DNA of 64,000 bases. Source: Octopus sinensis (taxonomy: Eukaryota). Positions 22,985 to 36,444 of this stretch are shown here, in pieces (the stretch's first letter is position 1; each line of letters opens with the position of its first letter). Position numbers and translations under genes: made by a program. The notes below the pieces were generated by a model. That model did not search any database and was not told the DNA's origin. It saw only the letters and a program-made list of their open reading frames with translations. The DNA is taken from positions 63,240,001 to 63,304,000 of the forward strand of contig NC_043008.1 of assembly GCF_006345805.1 (NCBI RefSeq), read 5' to 3'.

Positions 22985-25260
22985 GTAGCCTGGAGGACTA
23001 CAAAAAACAAGAGAAGGCTGAGAAGTGACCCTTGGTGAACTCCTTCCTGCATGCCTAAATTTGTTGCCATACTCATTGCAGACTTTCACCTTACTGACAG
23101 CAGCATCTCTGTACATGACTTAAATAGCTCTCACCAATCACTCATTTATCCCTAGCTTCCGCATCAACCACTAGCATTAGAAAGATAGCATCAGTAAGCA
23201 TCAGTAGCACTTCTTGGAACACAATCAAACTACATCTCATCTACCTTAACTCTTTCCTTGATATACAAGACATGACACCTTTGGTAACATTCATGACCAG
23301 TTCCAATAAGTTGATAATTCTGTAATGACTTCTGTTTAAGGCATTGACCTTTTTGGCAGCTGATAATAATTCTGATACATCAATCATTGGGTATGACCAT
23401 TTCCTGAACAACATAATTTACTGTATAGATGTCTAGGCCATATCCCAATCCCAATATTTTAACCATCCTGACAATAAATTCTGATGGGCCAAGAGCTTTA
23501 TCAATCTTCATATCCTTCATAACTTTACCAGTTATGCTGTTGTCTACTTGAATAGCTGGTCCCCCTGCTAGGTCCACATTAAGAAAACTCACCTGCTACC
23601 ATCAATTCTTAACATCTATCTGCCTTTAATTGTGGCACATCAATGCTTCTTTTTGGGCAGAATCACTAGGTGCAAGTATACATTTCTCTCCTACTACATC
23701 ACAATTTTCTCTGATACATTGTATTGCATTCTAGAGCACCTCATGCCTCTGTTCTCCACACCACAGAACACTGGCAAATTTCTTTCTTTCTGCTTCCCCC
23801 CTAGTTAATTATACCTGTCACCTAGCTTTCCTTGTAGCTACCTGGTGTTGCCTGATTAGTATGCATGTGGATGATATAACAACAGCACGTGAATATTTAA
23901 TAGGAACTGTTATATCACCACACAAGTAATATTAAGATTGGTCATGAATTAGAAAATTTCTACAACTAGTCAACACAGCTGAAAGAATAATTATACAGCA
24001 TTCATCAATAGTTGAATGCTGCATAGGTGTAGGAGTGGCTGTGTGGTTAGTAGCTTGCTTACAAACTGCATGGTTCTGGGTTCAGTCCCACTGTGTGGCA
24101 CCTTGGGCAAGTGTCTTCTACTATAGCCTCAGGCCAATCAAAGTCTTGTGAGTGGATTTGGTAGACGGAAACTGAAAGAAGCCCATCGTATGTATGTATG
24201 TATATATCTATGTATGTATGTGTATACGTTTGTGTGTCTGTGTTTGTCCCTCCAACATCGCTTGGCAACTGATGCTGGTGTGTTTACGTCCCCGTAACTT
24301 AGCAGTTCAGCAAAAGAGACTGTTAGAATAAGTACTAGGCTTACAAAGAATAAGTCCTGGGGTCGATTTGCTTGACTAAAGGTGGCTCTCCAGCATGGCC
24401 ACAGTCAAATGACTGAAACAAGTAAAAGAGTAAAAGAGTTGATTATAGAAGCTCTGTATAGAAGCTTGCCAAAACAGGAGGAAACACATTCAGTTCATAT
24501 TAACCAATTATAGGGACATAGCCAGGTTGAGTAGAAGCTGTGAAAAGGATTATTACAAATGGCAAGTGAGTGTATGAACTGGACTGCTGGTTGTTACACA
24601 CTGAAAGTTGGTGCTAGAAGCAAGACTTTATATAACCCTTGTACCAAGACATTTGACAAGAATCTAGAATGATCTATCACATGAAGTCTGGCTGCTGATT
24701 GGTCAATAACTCAGCTTCTCACATGAATAAGATTGTATTCTGTTTGGACTTAAACTTTGCAATCTGTTTCGTGTTTTGCTACACTAATATAGCTTTCTGC
24801 TGCCTCTAATCATACAGAACTTTCCCGACCTTCTTTGCTTTTATGGATCTGCCTACTTCATTGTTCCACCACCGTGTCATCCTAAGTCTAGTTGAGACTT
24901 TGAACCAGTCACAAACTTGGTCTGTAACTCTGAGTAAGTTGTTGTCTCATAGGATCATCCAGTTGTCCTCTAGGTTGTATGTCTCTATCTCTTCCTTCTC
25001 CTTTTCATGAAATACTTCAGATAGGACATCTGTAAATCCCCAACTATTCAAAGGATCTTAAACTTCCAAATCTTCCCTCTCCAGACTGGTCTGCTTCTTG
25101 GAGTCTTTTTAACCCAAAGTACGAAGCCACTAATAACCAACCTATGTTGCTGAGGAATACATTCTTCACCTGCAAAGGTCTTTGCATTTATAATCAATGA
25201 GCATAAGCCCACCCACCCACTGTCCAATGGACGGTGCTGAGTTGTCAAACATTTAAACCA
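22985..25260 (-). mobile_element. Degenerate RTE-clade LINE (endonuclease end, linker and RT N-terminal half), interrupted by a SINE
   Basis: Reads INAKTFAGEECIPQQHRLVIS...WRGKIWKFK (25048-25248), MKDMKIDKALGPS...VVQEMVIPND (23380-23592) and a GVHQGSLLS-like segment near 23030. It overlaps the 10360-10420 sequence of the other RTE copy. Confidence 0.8.
24025..24438 (+). mobile_element. SINE family B nested in the RTE relic
   Basis: Full head-to-tail copy with RTE sequence on both sides. Confidence 0.9.
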
Positions 25261-25399
25261 AATTTTCTCAAAACAACTTGTCCAACCGTTCCATAGGCCT
25301 TCCCTTTGAGAAACACTGATTTAACCTAAATTTGAGACACCAGCAAAAGAAGAAATAAAGATAGACATTTTTTCTATTCCAAAGAAAAACGATTTTATT

Positions 25400-25785
25400 C
25401 ACACAAATATGCAACCGAAGAGTTTATAGTACCGGTAATGATAAGGCTGTTGACTGGGAGAACACAAACATAGTTTAAACAGTTAGCTTGGCAGGGAAGA
25501 AACGTGCCTTTAAGCAGTACAAAAACAACAAAAAATGGAAGGTGCAGTTATGTACAGGTTGATGGAAGAAAAGCAGGACAAAAATGATGCATGCAAATGC
25601 ACATTTTCACGGTTTTATCGATCGCATTCTCACCTGAAATCGATTTTTGTAATTTTTTCAAGACATACATGCCCTGATACTGTCGGTATCTACATGTCAA
25701 ATTTGAGCGCAATCGGATGGAGGACGCCTGAGATTCTAGAAGACACACACACAGGCAGACAGAACGGATTTTATATAATAGATCA
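25400..25785 (+). mobile_element. Putative Helitron/Helentron-derived non-autonomous element
   Basis: Ends gtcaaatttgagcgcaatcggat...(CA)n(CAGA)n...ttttatataatagat, the end architecture typical of DINE-1/HINE-like elements (recall-based). Confidence 0.4.
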
Positions 25786-25915
25786 TCTATCCTGATTTCA
25801 ATTGAGAATGCAACCAATCTGGCTTGTGTGACTGATAGGTGACCAGGTGACTGGCTGATTTCCTGAAGTTAATACTGCAGATCATTAGGTCATTTGCCCT
25901 ATAATCAAATGAAAC

Positions 25916-25994
25916 CTGCTTCTGTTGAGTCTGAATATCTTTGTGTTTTCCAGTCTTTTAGAGCAGAATTATCTTCTAATTTCTGTTTTCTGTC
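25916..25994 (-). CDS. Candidate exon (DRKQKLEDNSALKDWKTQRYSDSTEA)
   Basis: Acceptor atttattttggcag, 79 nt open only in phase 0, moderate donor CAG|gtttca. Confidence 0.3.
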
Positions 25995-26419
25995 CTGCCA
26001 AAATAAATCTAAGATCTTCCACATTACATCCTGATGTTGGTCTTGCTATCCATTATTTTTATACTGCTTTTCTGTTATAGATTTAGTTTTTTATGACCTA
26101 CATATAAAACTCATTGCTTGCACTATTTAAATGCTTTTAATGACATAGAATCGCTAAAATATGATTATGATGGAAGTTATCTTAGATCTCTATGTAAAGA
26201 TGGCCTATCACTTATGCTTTCTTGAGAAAGAAAGTACACAAAATATATCAAACTATTTTGGTTTATGTCTCTTTTTTACTCACAGATTATTGGCCTTTTT
26301 ATGGATATCTTTTAATCAGAAACAAGGAAGAACACTTTGAGTGCAAGTATTTAATTTAATTGACATTGGTTTATAAATGGTATTTATTTTATGAAATGTG
26401 TTTCAGGGAGAAGCTAACC

Positions 26420-26652
26420 TATTTCTTTACTACCCACAAGGGGCTAAACACAGAGAGGACAAACAAGGACAGATAAACGGATTAAGTCGATAATATCGAC
26501 TCCAGTGCATAACTGGTTCTTATTTAATCGACTCCAAAAGGATGAAAGGCAAAGTCGACCTCAGCGAAATTAGAACTCAGAACGTAACGGCAGATGAAAT
26601 ACCGCTAAGTATTTCGCCCGACATGTTAATGATTCTGCCAGTTCGCCACCTT
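26420..26652 (-). mobile_element. SINE family A, full length
   Basis: ctatttctttactacccacaaggggctaaacac...gccagttcgccacctt. Confidence 0.85.
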
Positions 26653-27289
26653 ATTCAGGGAGAAGTTAACCACCACCAACCAAGCTATGGTGAGATTTGA
26701 ATGTAGATCTGAGATGATGAAAACCGTATAATGTATATTTGGTCTGGTAAATAATGTACGTTTTTATGGTGAGCCAAAGTATGTTAATCTAACAGAAATT
26801 TTATTTACTTCATTGTTAATATATTTCAGATATATAATTATAATTAGGAATTGGAGAAATAAAATTTTCTGTTCCATTGATTTCCATTTCAACTCCTTCC
26901 GTGTCAAATGCAACCATTTGCATCGATATAAAAATGTAAAAATAACTTTGCCATAAAATGTCGCTTGAATTGAACATGCACGATAATTCAGAAGATTCAG
27001 TCAGCACATTAACATTTGTTCCATTGATGGAGTCACAGCATTAACATACTCCATACAAGAAGACAAAACTTATATGTGATATTAATTATTAATATAGAGT
27101 AGAAGTTAGTTTTGACTGAAAAACTAGTTTTTGGCTTAGTTTTATTGTATTGTACTGATTTATTTCAATAGATCATGTTTCATGAATAAAGATTTTGGCA
27201 ACCGAATGACAATAAAAACATCCAGAACAAGTAAAGCATTGCAGCATTTCATGATTTAAAATTAAAATAGCTGCCACTGAAAATAAAAT

Positions 27290-27368
27290 AACACATATAT
27301 ATATACATATAAATATATATATATATGTGTGTACATACATACATACTTACATACATACATATATACAT

Positions 27369-27407
<39 letters not shown>

Positions 27408-27423
27408 CATAGATATATATACC

Positions 27424-27495
<72 letters not shown>

Positions 27496-27606
27496 CATAT
27501 ATATATGTTTATATTTATATGTGTATGAATGCATGTATGTATATAAACATGTGTGTGTGTGTGAATACACACACACATACATATATATACATATACAAAC
27601 TCTCTG

Positions 27607-27663
<57 letters not shown>

Positions 27664-27665
27664 GC
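27290..27665. repeat. (TA)n/(CA)n/(CT)n compound microsatellite
   Basis: Read directly from the sequence; source of the poly-YI ORFs. Confidence 0.95.
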
Positions 27666-28639
27666 ATACACATAAATTCTAATTTCTCTATGGAATTAAA
27701 ATAATATTATGAGAGAAAACAAATAAAGCTCTTTCTCAAGTACAATAGAATAATGTTGAAACTAGGCATTAGTTTTATTCTCAGCTGAATCGGTTATGAG
27801 AGCAGTAAAGGTATTCAATGTTAGATAGTTATGTATTCAGAGAAAATATCTGCAGTTTGTCCAGTGACTGCAAATAAACATTGCCTCAAAATATGACTCA
27901 TACAATTGGATTTATGTAGAATCGATAGAGGTGATATTAACTGAGAAATAAATGTTTTCATGTCAGTTGGTCTTTAAATTATTATTTACTCTAAGCATGA
28001 TGAGCAAACAGAGATGTTAGCTTTTGCTATTTAGAGGATATGTTTATTCTTGTAATTTGTTTAATCCTATAAACTAGCATCAATCTTAAATGTCTCATAA
28101 AGAAATTATATCACCATTTCTCATTTGGTTAATCACTCTGCTTTATATAATTCATAACAACTTCTGTCTCTGAGTACAGCCACCATTTCAGTGTATTTGA
28201 CTGCCTACAGATGTTACTGACAAATTGCACCAGATAAAAGTATGACATTGTTCATACTGGCACACAATTACAATTTTTCACTGATTTCTTCAATCAATCA
28301 AAGGTCAAAATCTGTCAGAAAAGTTTTTATTTAAATTAACGATTACATTGACCTCTCAGAACAAAGCCAATATTGATGGACAGTTGTTATGTGTTCCACC
28401 TGTCATGGTTTAGAAGAATTTCTTTTTGTGATTCTCACACTGTGGCACTAAATGTAAAATTATTAATTCATTTGTAGCTGATATATATTATAAAAGAAAA
28501 GAGAATAATTAATAAATACTTGATTGTAAGAGAAAACTCATAATTTTTTTTTTTTTTTGCAGACACTGATCCTAAACTACAATTATCAGCTTCCTACCTA
28601 ATTATATAACTTATGAACTTATTTTGTATATATAGATCT

Positions 28640-29270
28640 TGATTAGGTCCTCCTGCGAGACACAAGAGGTCAAAGACTTCCTCTAATGTAGTTGATCTGC
28701 TTGTTCTTTCTATTGCTGTCAAATGCTTGAGATCTTCCTGAAATCTACTTGGTAATACCAACAAAGCATCCTTATGTTTTGCAAAGGCTGAGATTTTCTT
28801 TCAGAAGAATTTCCTTATCTGGATTTCTATGTCACCTGGTGATTTTGAGAATATTCTATACAGATCATTGAAGGAATCTGTCTTGTTCCATGGCCAGCTT
28901 TACAGACACTTTCTATATTTCACTGACATACAAGAACATTGACAGCACTCTTGTAATAAACAGCCAAACTTCTATGTTACAAATGATGCTTGCTGTTGCT
29001 CAGATTCGGTGCATATCCAGGAATATGGCCCTTATCTTAACATTTCATTGCTCACATCACTTTATATGATTCTATCATTAATGATTACACTACCTAGGCA
29101 TGAGAAATTGTCCACATCTTTTATGATCTGTTGTCCAGTAAAGAAAGAAGACTTAGGATACGGCTTAATCTTCATCACCTCGGTCATTTTTCAAAGATGA
29201 TTTTATCATTTATATTCGTGCTTCCTCTTTGAGTTTATGGGTTGTTTCTTGTAGTCCAGCTCTAATTTCT
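28640..29270 (-). mobile_element. Highly degenerate LINE RT C-terminal fragment (RTE-like)
   Basis: Minus-strand segments resemble 'IKDVDNFSYLGSVI' (ataaaagatgtggacaatttctcatgcctaggtagtgtaatc) and the RTE C-terminal region; many stops. Confidence 0.5.
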
Positions 29271-29295
29271 GCCAGTAATATATGAAAAAAATCAG

Positions 29296-29700
29296 CAGCA
29301 GTGGCTGTGTGGTAAGTAGCTTGCTTACGAACCACATGGTCCCGGGTTCAGTCCCACTGCGTGGCATCTTGGGCAAGTGTCTCCTGCTATAGCCCCAGGC
29401 CGACCAATGCCTTGTGAGTGGATTTGGTAGACGGAAACGGAAAGAAGCCTGTTGTATATATATATATGTATGTGTGTGTGTGTTTGTGTGTCTGTGTTTG
29501 TCTCCCCTAGTATTGCTTTACAACCGATACTGGTGTGTTTACGTCCCCGTTACTTAGCGGTTCGGCAAAAGAGACCGATAGAATAAGTACTGGGGTTAGA
29601 AAAGAATAAGTCTCGGGGGTCGATTTCCTCGACTAAAGGCGGTGCTCCAGCATGGCCGCAGTCAAATGACTGAAACAAGTAAAAGAGTAAAAGAGTAAAA
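29296..29700 (+). mobile_element. SINE family B
   Basis: Near-consensus copy with an agtaaaagagtaaaagag tail. Confidence 0.9.
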
Positions 29701-29819
29701 GGTTAGGCCCGGCCAAAAAACTTTCCCATTTCCTTCAAGGACATTTCTGCAGCGCTTCCATTGATTACCTTCTACACCACAAAGACAACTGTACACATTG
29801 TTGTCATTGTCATAACTAT

Positions 29820-30060
29820 CACCATCATCATCATCAACATTTAACATCCGTTTTCATGCTGACATGGGTTGGATGGCATGACAGGAACTGACAAGGTCAG
29901 AACTTGCACCAGGTTCATAATCTGTTCCTGCTTGGTTTCTACATCTGGATGCCCTTCTTAACACCAGCCACTCCACAGAGTATACTGAGTGCTTTTTAAG
30001 TGGCATCATCACCAGTGCTTTTTACATGGCACCAGTACCCACACCAATTCTTTTTAAGTG
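29820..30060 (-). mobile_element. RTE 3' tail (family C)
   Basis: (CAT)n plus tttaacatccgttttcatgc...ggatgcccttc motif. Confidence 0.7.
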
Positions 30061-30084
30061 GTACCTTGGTTTTAGGATCGCAAT

Positions 30085-30322
30085 TCTTATTTCTTTATTG
30101 CCCACAAGGGGCTAAACATAGAGGGGACAAACAAGGACAGACAAAGGGATTAAGTCGATTACATCGATCCCAGTGCATAACTAGCACTTAATTTATTGAC
30201 CCCGAAAGGATGAAAGGCAAAGTCGACCTCGGCGGAATTTGAACTCAGAACATAACGGCAGATGAAATACGGCTATGCATTTCGCCCAGCGTGCTAATGT
30301 TTCTGCCAGCTTGCCGCCTTAA
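30085..30322 (-). mobile_element. SINE family A, full length
   Basis: ttcttatttctttattgcccacaagggg...gccagcttgccgcctt. Confidence 0.85.
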
Positions 30323-31176
30323 GGATCTCAATTCTGTTGTGGCAGATGAGTCTTCTTTAGTACAGCAATGTGCCACATATCTTAGTTCTCTATCATCTCC
30401 TTCGTAAGGTTCAACGTTTTGAGATCAGCCTTGGTTATGTTAATGTTACTAAAAAAAAATAAAGATGTCTAGACATGAATATATATTTCCAAATGATGAT
30501 GATGATGATGATGATGGTAGCGATAAAATCACAATGATGAGCATAAGAAGGATGATGGGGAGAAAGCGGAAGAGAATGTTAAAACTCTTTTATTAGGTTT
30601 GTGTAAGTAAATTTTTCTAAGTGTGACAGATGCATTAGTAATATATGTTACTTATAAGGAAAGTTTAGTGAAGCAGATATCTTCTTGGAGACAAGACAAA
30701 GCTCACTTGATTTTTTCATTTACCACATCTATTGTATAGAGACAATTTTTTCATTTACGATATCTAATGTATAGAGAGGATTAACATAATTTTATAGACA
30801 CTGATTAATCTCTTAATTACACGTTTTGTAATTAATATCTACTCCCATTAAGTGAAGCCAGTTGAAAGTCTTTCATATCAGTAATTTAATTGCCATAATT
30901 ACATCTTTTTATTTTCCTTTTACTTGTTTCAGTCATTAGACTGTAGCCATGCTAGAGCACTGCCTTGAAGGTATTTTAGTCGAATATATGGATCCTAGTA
31001 CTTTTTTTTAAAAGCTTGCAGCTTATTCTATTGATTTCTTTTGAAGAACCACCAAGTTACAAGGACGTAAGCAAATCAACAATGTTTGTCAAATAATAGT
31101 GGTGGGGAGAAACTTAGACACAAAACACTAGCGCGCACACACACACACACACATACACATACACACATACACACAA

Positions 31177-31237
<61 letters not shown>

Positions 31238-31241
<4 letters not shown>

Positions 31242-31545
31242 GAGGCACAATGGCCCAGTGGTTAGGGCAGCAGACTCGTGGTCATAGGATTGCGGTTTCA
31301 ATTCCCAGACTGGGTGTTGTGAGTGTTTATTGACTGAAAACACCTAAAGCTCCACGAGGCTCCGGCAGGGGGTGGTGGCGATCTCTGCTGTACTCTTTCG
31401 CCACAACTTTCTCTCACTCTTTCTTCTGTTGGCCTACTCGCTTAGCCAGTGGGGTGGCATCATTTGAAGGCTAAAACAATGTGAAGTGCATTGTAACCAG
31501 CGATGTGTAGCAACATCTGATAGCCTGGTTGGTCACAGTGATATA
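31238..31545 (+). mobile_element. tRNA-headed SINE family E
   Basis: gtggaggcacaatggcccagtggttagggcagc (A box) and ggtttcaattcc (B box), flanked by (TA)n. Head and body are shared with 56090-56283. Confidence 0.75.
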
Positions 31546-32889
31546 TATATATATACAATGGGCTTCTTTCAATTTCCATTTATATTGAAAAATACATCTG
31601 CCCAAGGTTCCAGAGAGTGGGACTGAATCCAGAACCATGTGATTAAGAAGGAAGCTTTTTACCACACCGCCATTACTTTTGTTTCAGAGTCAAAGAGATG
31701 AATTGGCAGAATTGCTAGTGTTGGATAAAATGTTTCAGTGTTTGTTCTGATTGCCTATGCTCTGAGTTCAAATCTCACCAAGGTTATCTTAGCCTTTCAT
31801 CCTTTTCAGGATCAGCAAAAGAAGTGCCAAACCAAAGCAAGGGATTGGTGGAACAGAGGGCCTAGCATGATGCTTGTGGCATGCCCATCACTAAGAGGGT
31901 GCATTAGATGGCACTGCTGCCTCACTATTCAACGGATTTAGAAAATACAGTTTACAAGAATTAGTGCCCACCCAGAATATTCTGAAGCACACACCAGGTG
32001 CCAAGGTCTGGTGACTGCATGTCTTGGTGTATCTTTGAAGGGTGTATGTATTTTGACAGCAATGTCTGTGACAACGCTAGTGTCAGACTGTTTTGGTTCA
32101 AATTGGATGTCCTGCTTTAGAATGAGCACCAGTGGTTTGGAGATGAGACACTTGGAAACATGGGAAAGTGCCATCTAAAAGTGACCAACAAGATCAAAGA
32201 ACGACATCTGCATACATCAGATCATAGCATGTGGCATCAGGAGGAAGAAGCATTAAATCTTAATGCTCTGAAACCCAACAAGTTTGTGAAATATCATCGG
32301 ACATTTATCAAGAACCTGAAGGAGGCCACAAGCTAAGATTCTATCCATGAACTGTAAGTGATGATAATAGATTGAGAAACTCAATGAAATGGATTTGTCT
32401 TTAAGGACTGGTAAGTGGGAAGCCCGACCAAAGCAAGTGCTTCAAAAACTCTTGCACACGCTAATATATGTGAAGGTAGACGGTTACTTTTGATTGATGG
32501 TGTCCTATATATCTCAACAATATCTCCTTCTTTATTCTAACACCCAGTTCTTAGGATTAGGAAGATAAAAGTCTCTTAGTTAATCTTAGAATGAACACTT
32601 GGCTTAGAATTTTGCTTTATTGTGTGTCTCATTGGCATTAGCTATCTTCATATAGCTTTCATAGCTATATCACTGTCTTTTCATAATAGTAAAGTGAAGA
32701 TTAACAGAATGTGATGTATAGTAAGCTGTTAGAGATGCTGTTTAACCCCAGGAGTATCTGACTGTAAGTCAATGATCAAAGACTGTAAATCTCTGATCAT
32801 TTCAACTGTTACTTAAATATAGTGTCTCCAGTACCACATTATCCAAAGCTTGCTCTTTTTCTTTTTTTGAGTAATAGGTATTACTGGTA

Positions 32890-33460
32890 GGTAGTTTGTT
32901 TCCCAGCCACATGGCTCTAGGTTCAGTCTCATGGCAAGGTACCTTAGGCAAGTGTCTTCTACTATAGCCTTGGGTTTTCCAAATACCTGTGAGTGAATTT
33001 GATAGATGGAAACTGAAAGAAGCCCATCACATGTGTGTGTGTGTATGTGTTTGTGTGTGTGCATGTATGTGCATGTCTTTGTGTCAACCATGTGGCTCCA
33101 GTTTCTGTCCCACTAAGTGGCAACTTGGGTAAGTGTCTTCTACTATAGCCTTGGGCTGTCCAAATACCTGAGTGAATTTGATTCATGGAAACTGAAAGAA
33201 GCCCATCATATGTGTGTGTTTGCATGTGTGTGTGTGTTTGTGCATGTGTGTGCATGTCTTTGCATCAATGATTGTCACCCCACCACACCCCCAAAGAACC
33301 GGTGTTAGTGTATTTACGTTCCCTTTTACTTAGCAGTTCAGCAGAATAAGTATCTGGTTTGAAAATCAAGATATTAATACTGGAGTCGGTTTGATCGTCT
33401 ACAATTTTTCAAGGTGGTACTCCAGTATGGCTGCAGTTTAATGGGTGAAACAAGTAAAAA
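32890..33460 (+). mobile_element. SINE family B with tandemly duplicated 5' half
   Basis: Two consecutive head/CORE segments about 190 bp apart, both carrying the private variant ccaaatacctg, followed by one 3' half. Confidence 0.75.
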
Positions 33461-33826
33461 GAACCAGTGATATAGTTATGATTTGAAGGATATTTGGCTG
33501 CTATTTCTAATAGAGTGTTGTGTTTTATAATGCTTCTGTATAATGAAACAATGCAAGTTTGTGTCTTGGATCCAATATAATATGTAGATTTTTGTTTTGT
33601 GACAATGTTTCTTTTATCATACCTTGCCTATACCATCAATGTTCGACCTGCTAAAAGCAGCAGCCAAATTTGCCTAAAATCACATTCTACTGTCTTAATA
33701 TCAGAAAATCGTAGAGTTTTTTCAAAAACTAGAATGGTCATACCTGGAATGCATTTGATCATAGTCCTATTTGATTGGTTGACCCAGTACTAAGCAAGAC
33801 TACTACTACTACTGCTACTACTACTG

Positions 33827-33877
<51 letters not shown>

Positions 33878-33899
33878 TTACTACTGCTGCTGCTGCTTC

Positions 33900-33933
<34 letters not shown>

Positions 33934-33989
33934 ACTATACTACTACTACTACTGGTGGTGGTAGTGCTGCTGCTGTTGTTGTTGTTGTT

Positions 33990-34190
33990 AAGCAACAAGA
34001 TGGGTAAGGGTGATTAGGTGATGGTCTAGGGCTTAGGGGTGGGAGACCCCAGACCTTGGGAAAAAAAACTTTGGTTGTCTTGTTGTAGTCGAGGGCTCTT
34101 TGTTGACGCCCAACACCACTGGGAGGTGGCCCTCGAAGTCGCTGGGAATGGAGATCTCCAGGTCCAAATTCTTGAAAGGCTGCTGCTATT
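33990..34190 (-). repeat. ~200-bp GC-richer element embedded in trinucleotide repeats, copy 1
   Basis: Closely matches 49860-50060, with a (TTG)n boundary on the left. Confidence 0.75.
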
Positions 34191-34366
34191 GCTACAGCTG
34201 CTGCTGCTGCTACTACTACTACTAACGCTGCTGCTACTACTACTACTACTGCTACTATTGCTGCTGCAGTTGGTGCTACTGCTGCTGCTACAGCTGTTAC
34301 TACTACTACACTACTACTACTACTCTACTACTACTACTACTACTACTACTACAACTACTACTACTA

Positions 34367-34398
<32 letters not shown>

Positions 34399-34977
34399 AC
34401 TAGTGCTACTACTACCACTACTACTATTACTGCTGCTGTTGCTGCTGCTGCTGCTACTATTACTACTACTATTACTACTATGCCATATTGAATTGTTTTT
34501 ACAGTAACGGAAAACAGTTTCGTCGCTTTATGCAAAGTGGTTATTTCTTGAAGATAATGCTTTTATAACGTTTTATAAACACACTCGCCTGCACTCATGC
34601 ACACCCACCTAGACCTCCATCCACCCACACACACACCCACCCACACACCCACCCACACACACCTACACACACACACACGTACATACCCACACTCGCATGC
34701 ACACACAGAATAACTTCTAACGAGCTTATTAATTACTATGTTCTGCCTGAAGTTTTATGGGTACTGTTGTGTGATATGGACTGCAGAATACAGAATTCAT
34801 TACCATTTATGTATCCCAGAGTTATGAGCGTTATAAAACTACCTTGTTAATGAATCTTGTCAATCCAAATCACTACAAGATATGAAATGTTAAAAGCTAC
34901 CTGCAGTGGACTGTTAGAAATATTTACATGTTAATAATGCTGTTAGTATTATTTCATACTAACAGCCAAACCTGTGA

Positions 34978-35716
34978 AGGTGCATGGTTCAGTGGTTAGA
35001 GCATTGGGCTCACAAGCATGAGGTAGTGAGTCGGTACCTGGACCAGGCTGTGTTGTGTCCTTGAGCAAGACACTTTATTTCATGTTGCTCCAGTTTGCTT
35101 GATTGTAGAAATGGGTTGCAACGTCACTGGTGCCAAGCTGTATTGGTTTTTGTGTTGATTTTTCTACTCTAGGCACAAGGCCTGAAATTTGGGGGGAGGG
35201 GGTTAGTCGATTAGATCGACCCTAGTACACAACTTAATTTATCGACTCTGAATAGATGAAAGGCAAAGTCAACCTCAGCAGAATTTGAACTCAGAATGTT
35301 AAGACAGACCATATACTGCTAAGCAGTTCTTATTTCTTTATTGCCCACAAGGAGCCAAAAATAGAGGGGCCAAACAAGAACAGACAAAGGGATTAAATCG
35401 ATTACATCGACCCCAGTGCATAACTGGTACTTTTTTAATCGACCCCGAAAGGAGGAAAGGCAAAGTCAAACTCGGCGGAATTTGAACTCAGAACGTAACG
35501 CAGACGAGATACCGCCAAGTATTTCACCATGCATGCTAACGTTTCTGCCAGCTCGCCGCCTTTTCCTTGGATATCATCGGTGGCATGGAGAGGGGAGGCT
35601 GGTATGCATGGATGACTGTTGGTCTTCCATAAACAACCTTGCTCAGACTTGTGCCTCAGTGGGGAACTTCCTAGGTGTAGACCTATGGTCATTTATGATG
35701 AAAGGGTTCTTTACCC
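34978..35716 (+). mobile_element. tRNA-headed SINE family D with 15-bp TSD, split by two nested family A copies
   Basis: ctaacagccaaacct flanks both ends. The halves join as in the uninterrupted copy at 53790-54056 (gctgtattggctttg|cctctcccttgg). The family A copies lie at ~35152-35560 (-). Confidence 0.85.
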
Positions 35717-36409
35717 TAACAGCCAAACCTAAATATGATACCAGATTCATATGGTACCTTCAATCCATGTATAAAAACGTGTGCACAATGGCAGCAATTG
35801 CTTTTTAGAAATAAACAGCGAATGTGTGTGTGTGTGTGTGTGTGGTGAGTGTGTGTCTGTCTGTCTGTCTTTGTTTTTGTGCATGTCTCCACCATTACTT
35901 GACAACCGGCGTTGGTTCATTTACATCCCCACAACTTAGTGGTTCAGCAAAATGAGACCAATAGAATAAGTACCAGGATTTAAAATATAATAGTTCCTGA
36001 GGCCAATTCATTGGACTAAAAGTTCTTTTGAGGTAGTACTCCAGCATGGCCACAGCCGTATTTATTTCATACTAATAGCCAAACCTAAATATGCTACTGA
36101 ATTTTTGTTACATACAGGCTATGTATAAAAATGTGTGTGTGTGTGTCTGTATGTCTATCTGTCTGCCTGTGTCTTTGTGTGTCCCATACCGCCACTTGAC
36201 GACTGGTGCTGGTTTGCTGACATCCCTGTAACTTAGCAGTACAGCAAAAAGATATTAATAAAATAAGTAACAGCCTTAAAGAAAAATAAGTACTGGAGTC
36301 AATTCATCCAACTAAAAAGTTCTTCAAAGATCCCTGTTCTCCTTATCGCTATTAATACTATACATGTGTGTGTGTGTGTGTCTGTGAATGTGTGTATGTA
36401 TATATATAT

Positions 36410-36419
<10 letters not shown>

Positions 36420-36444
<25 letters not shown>

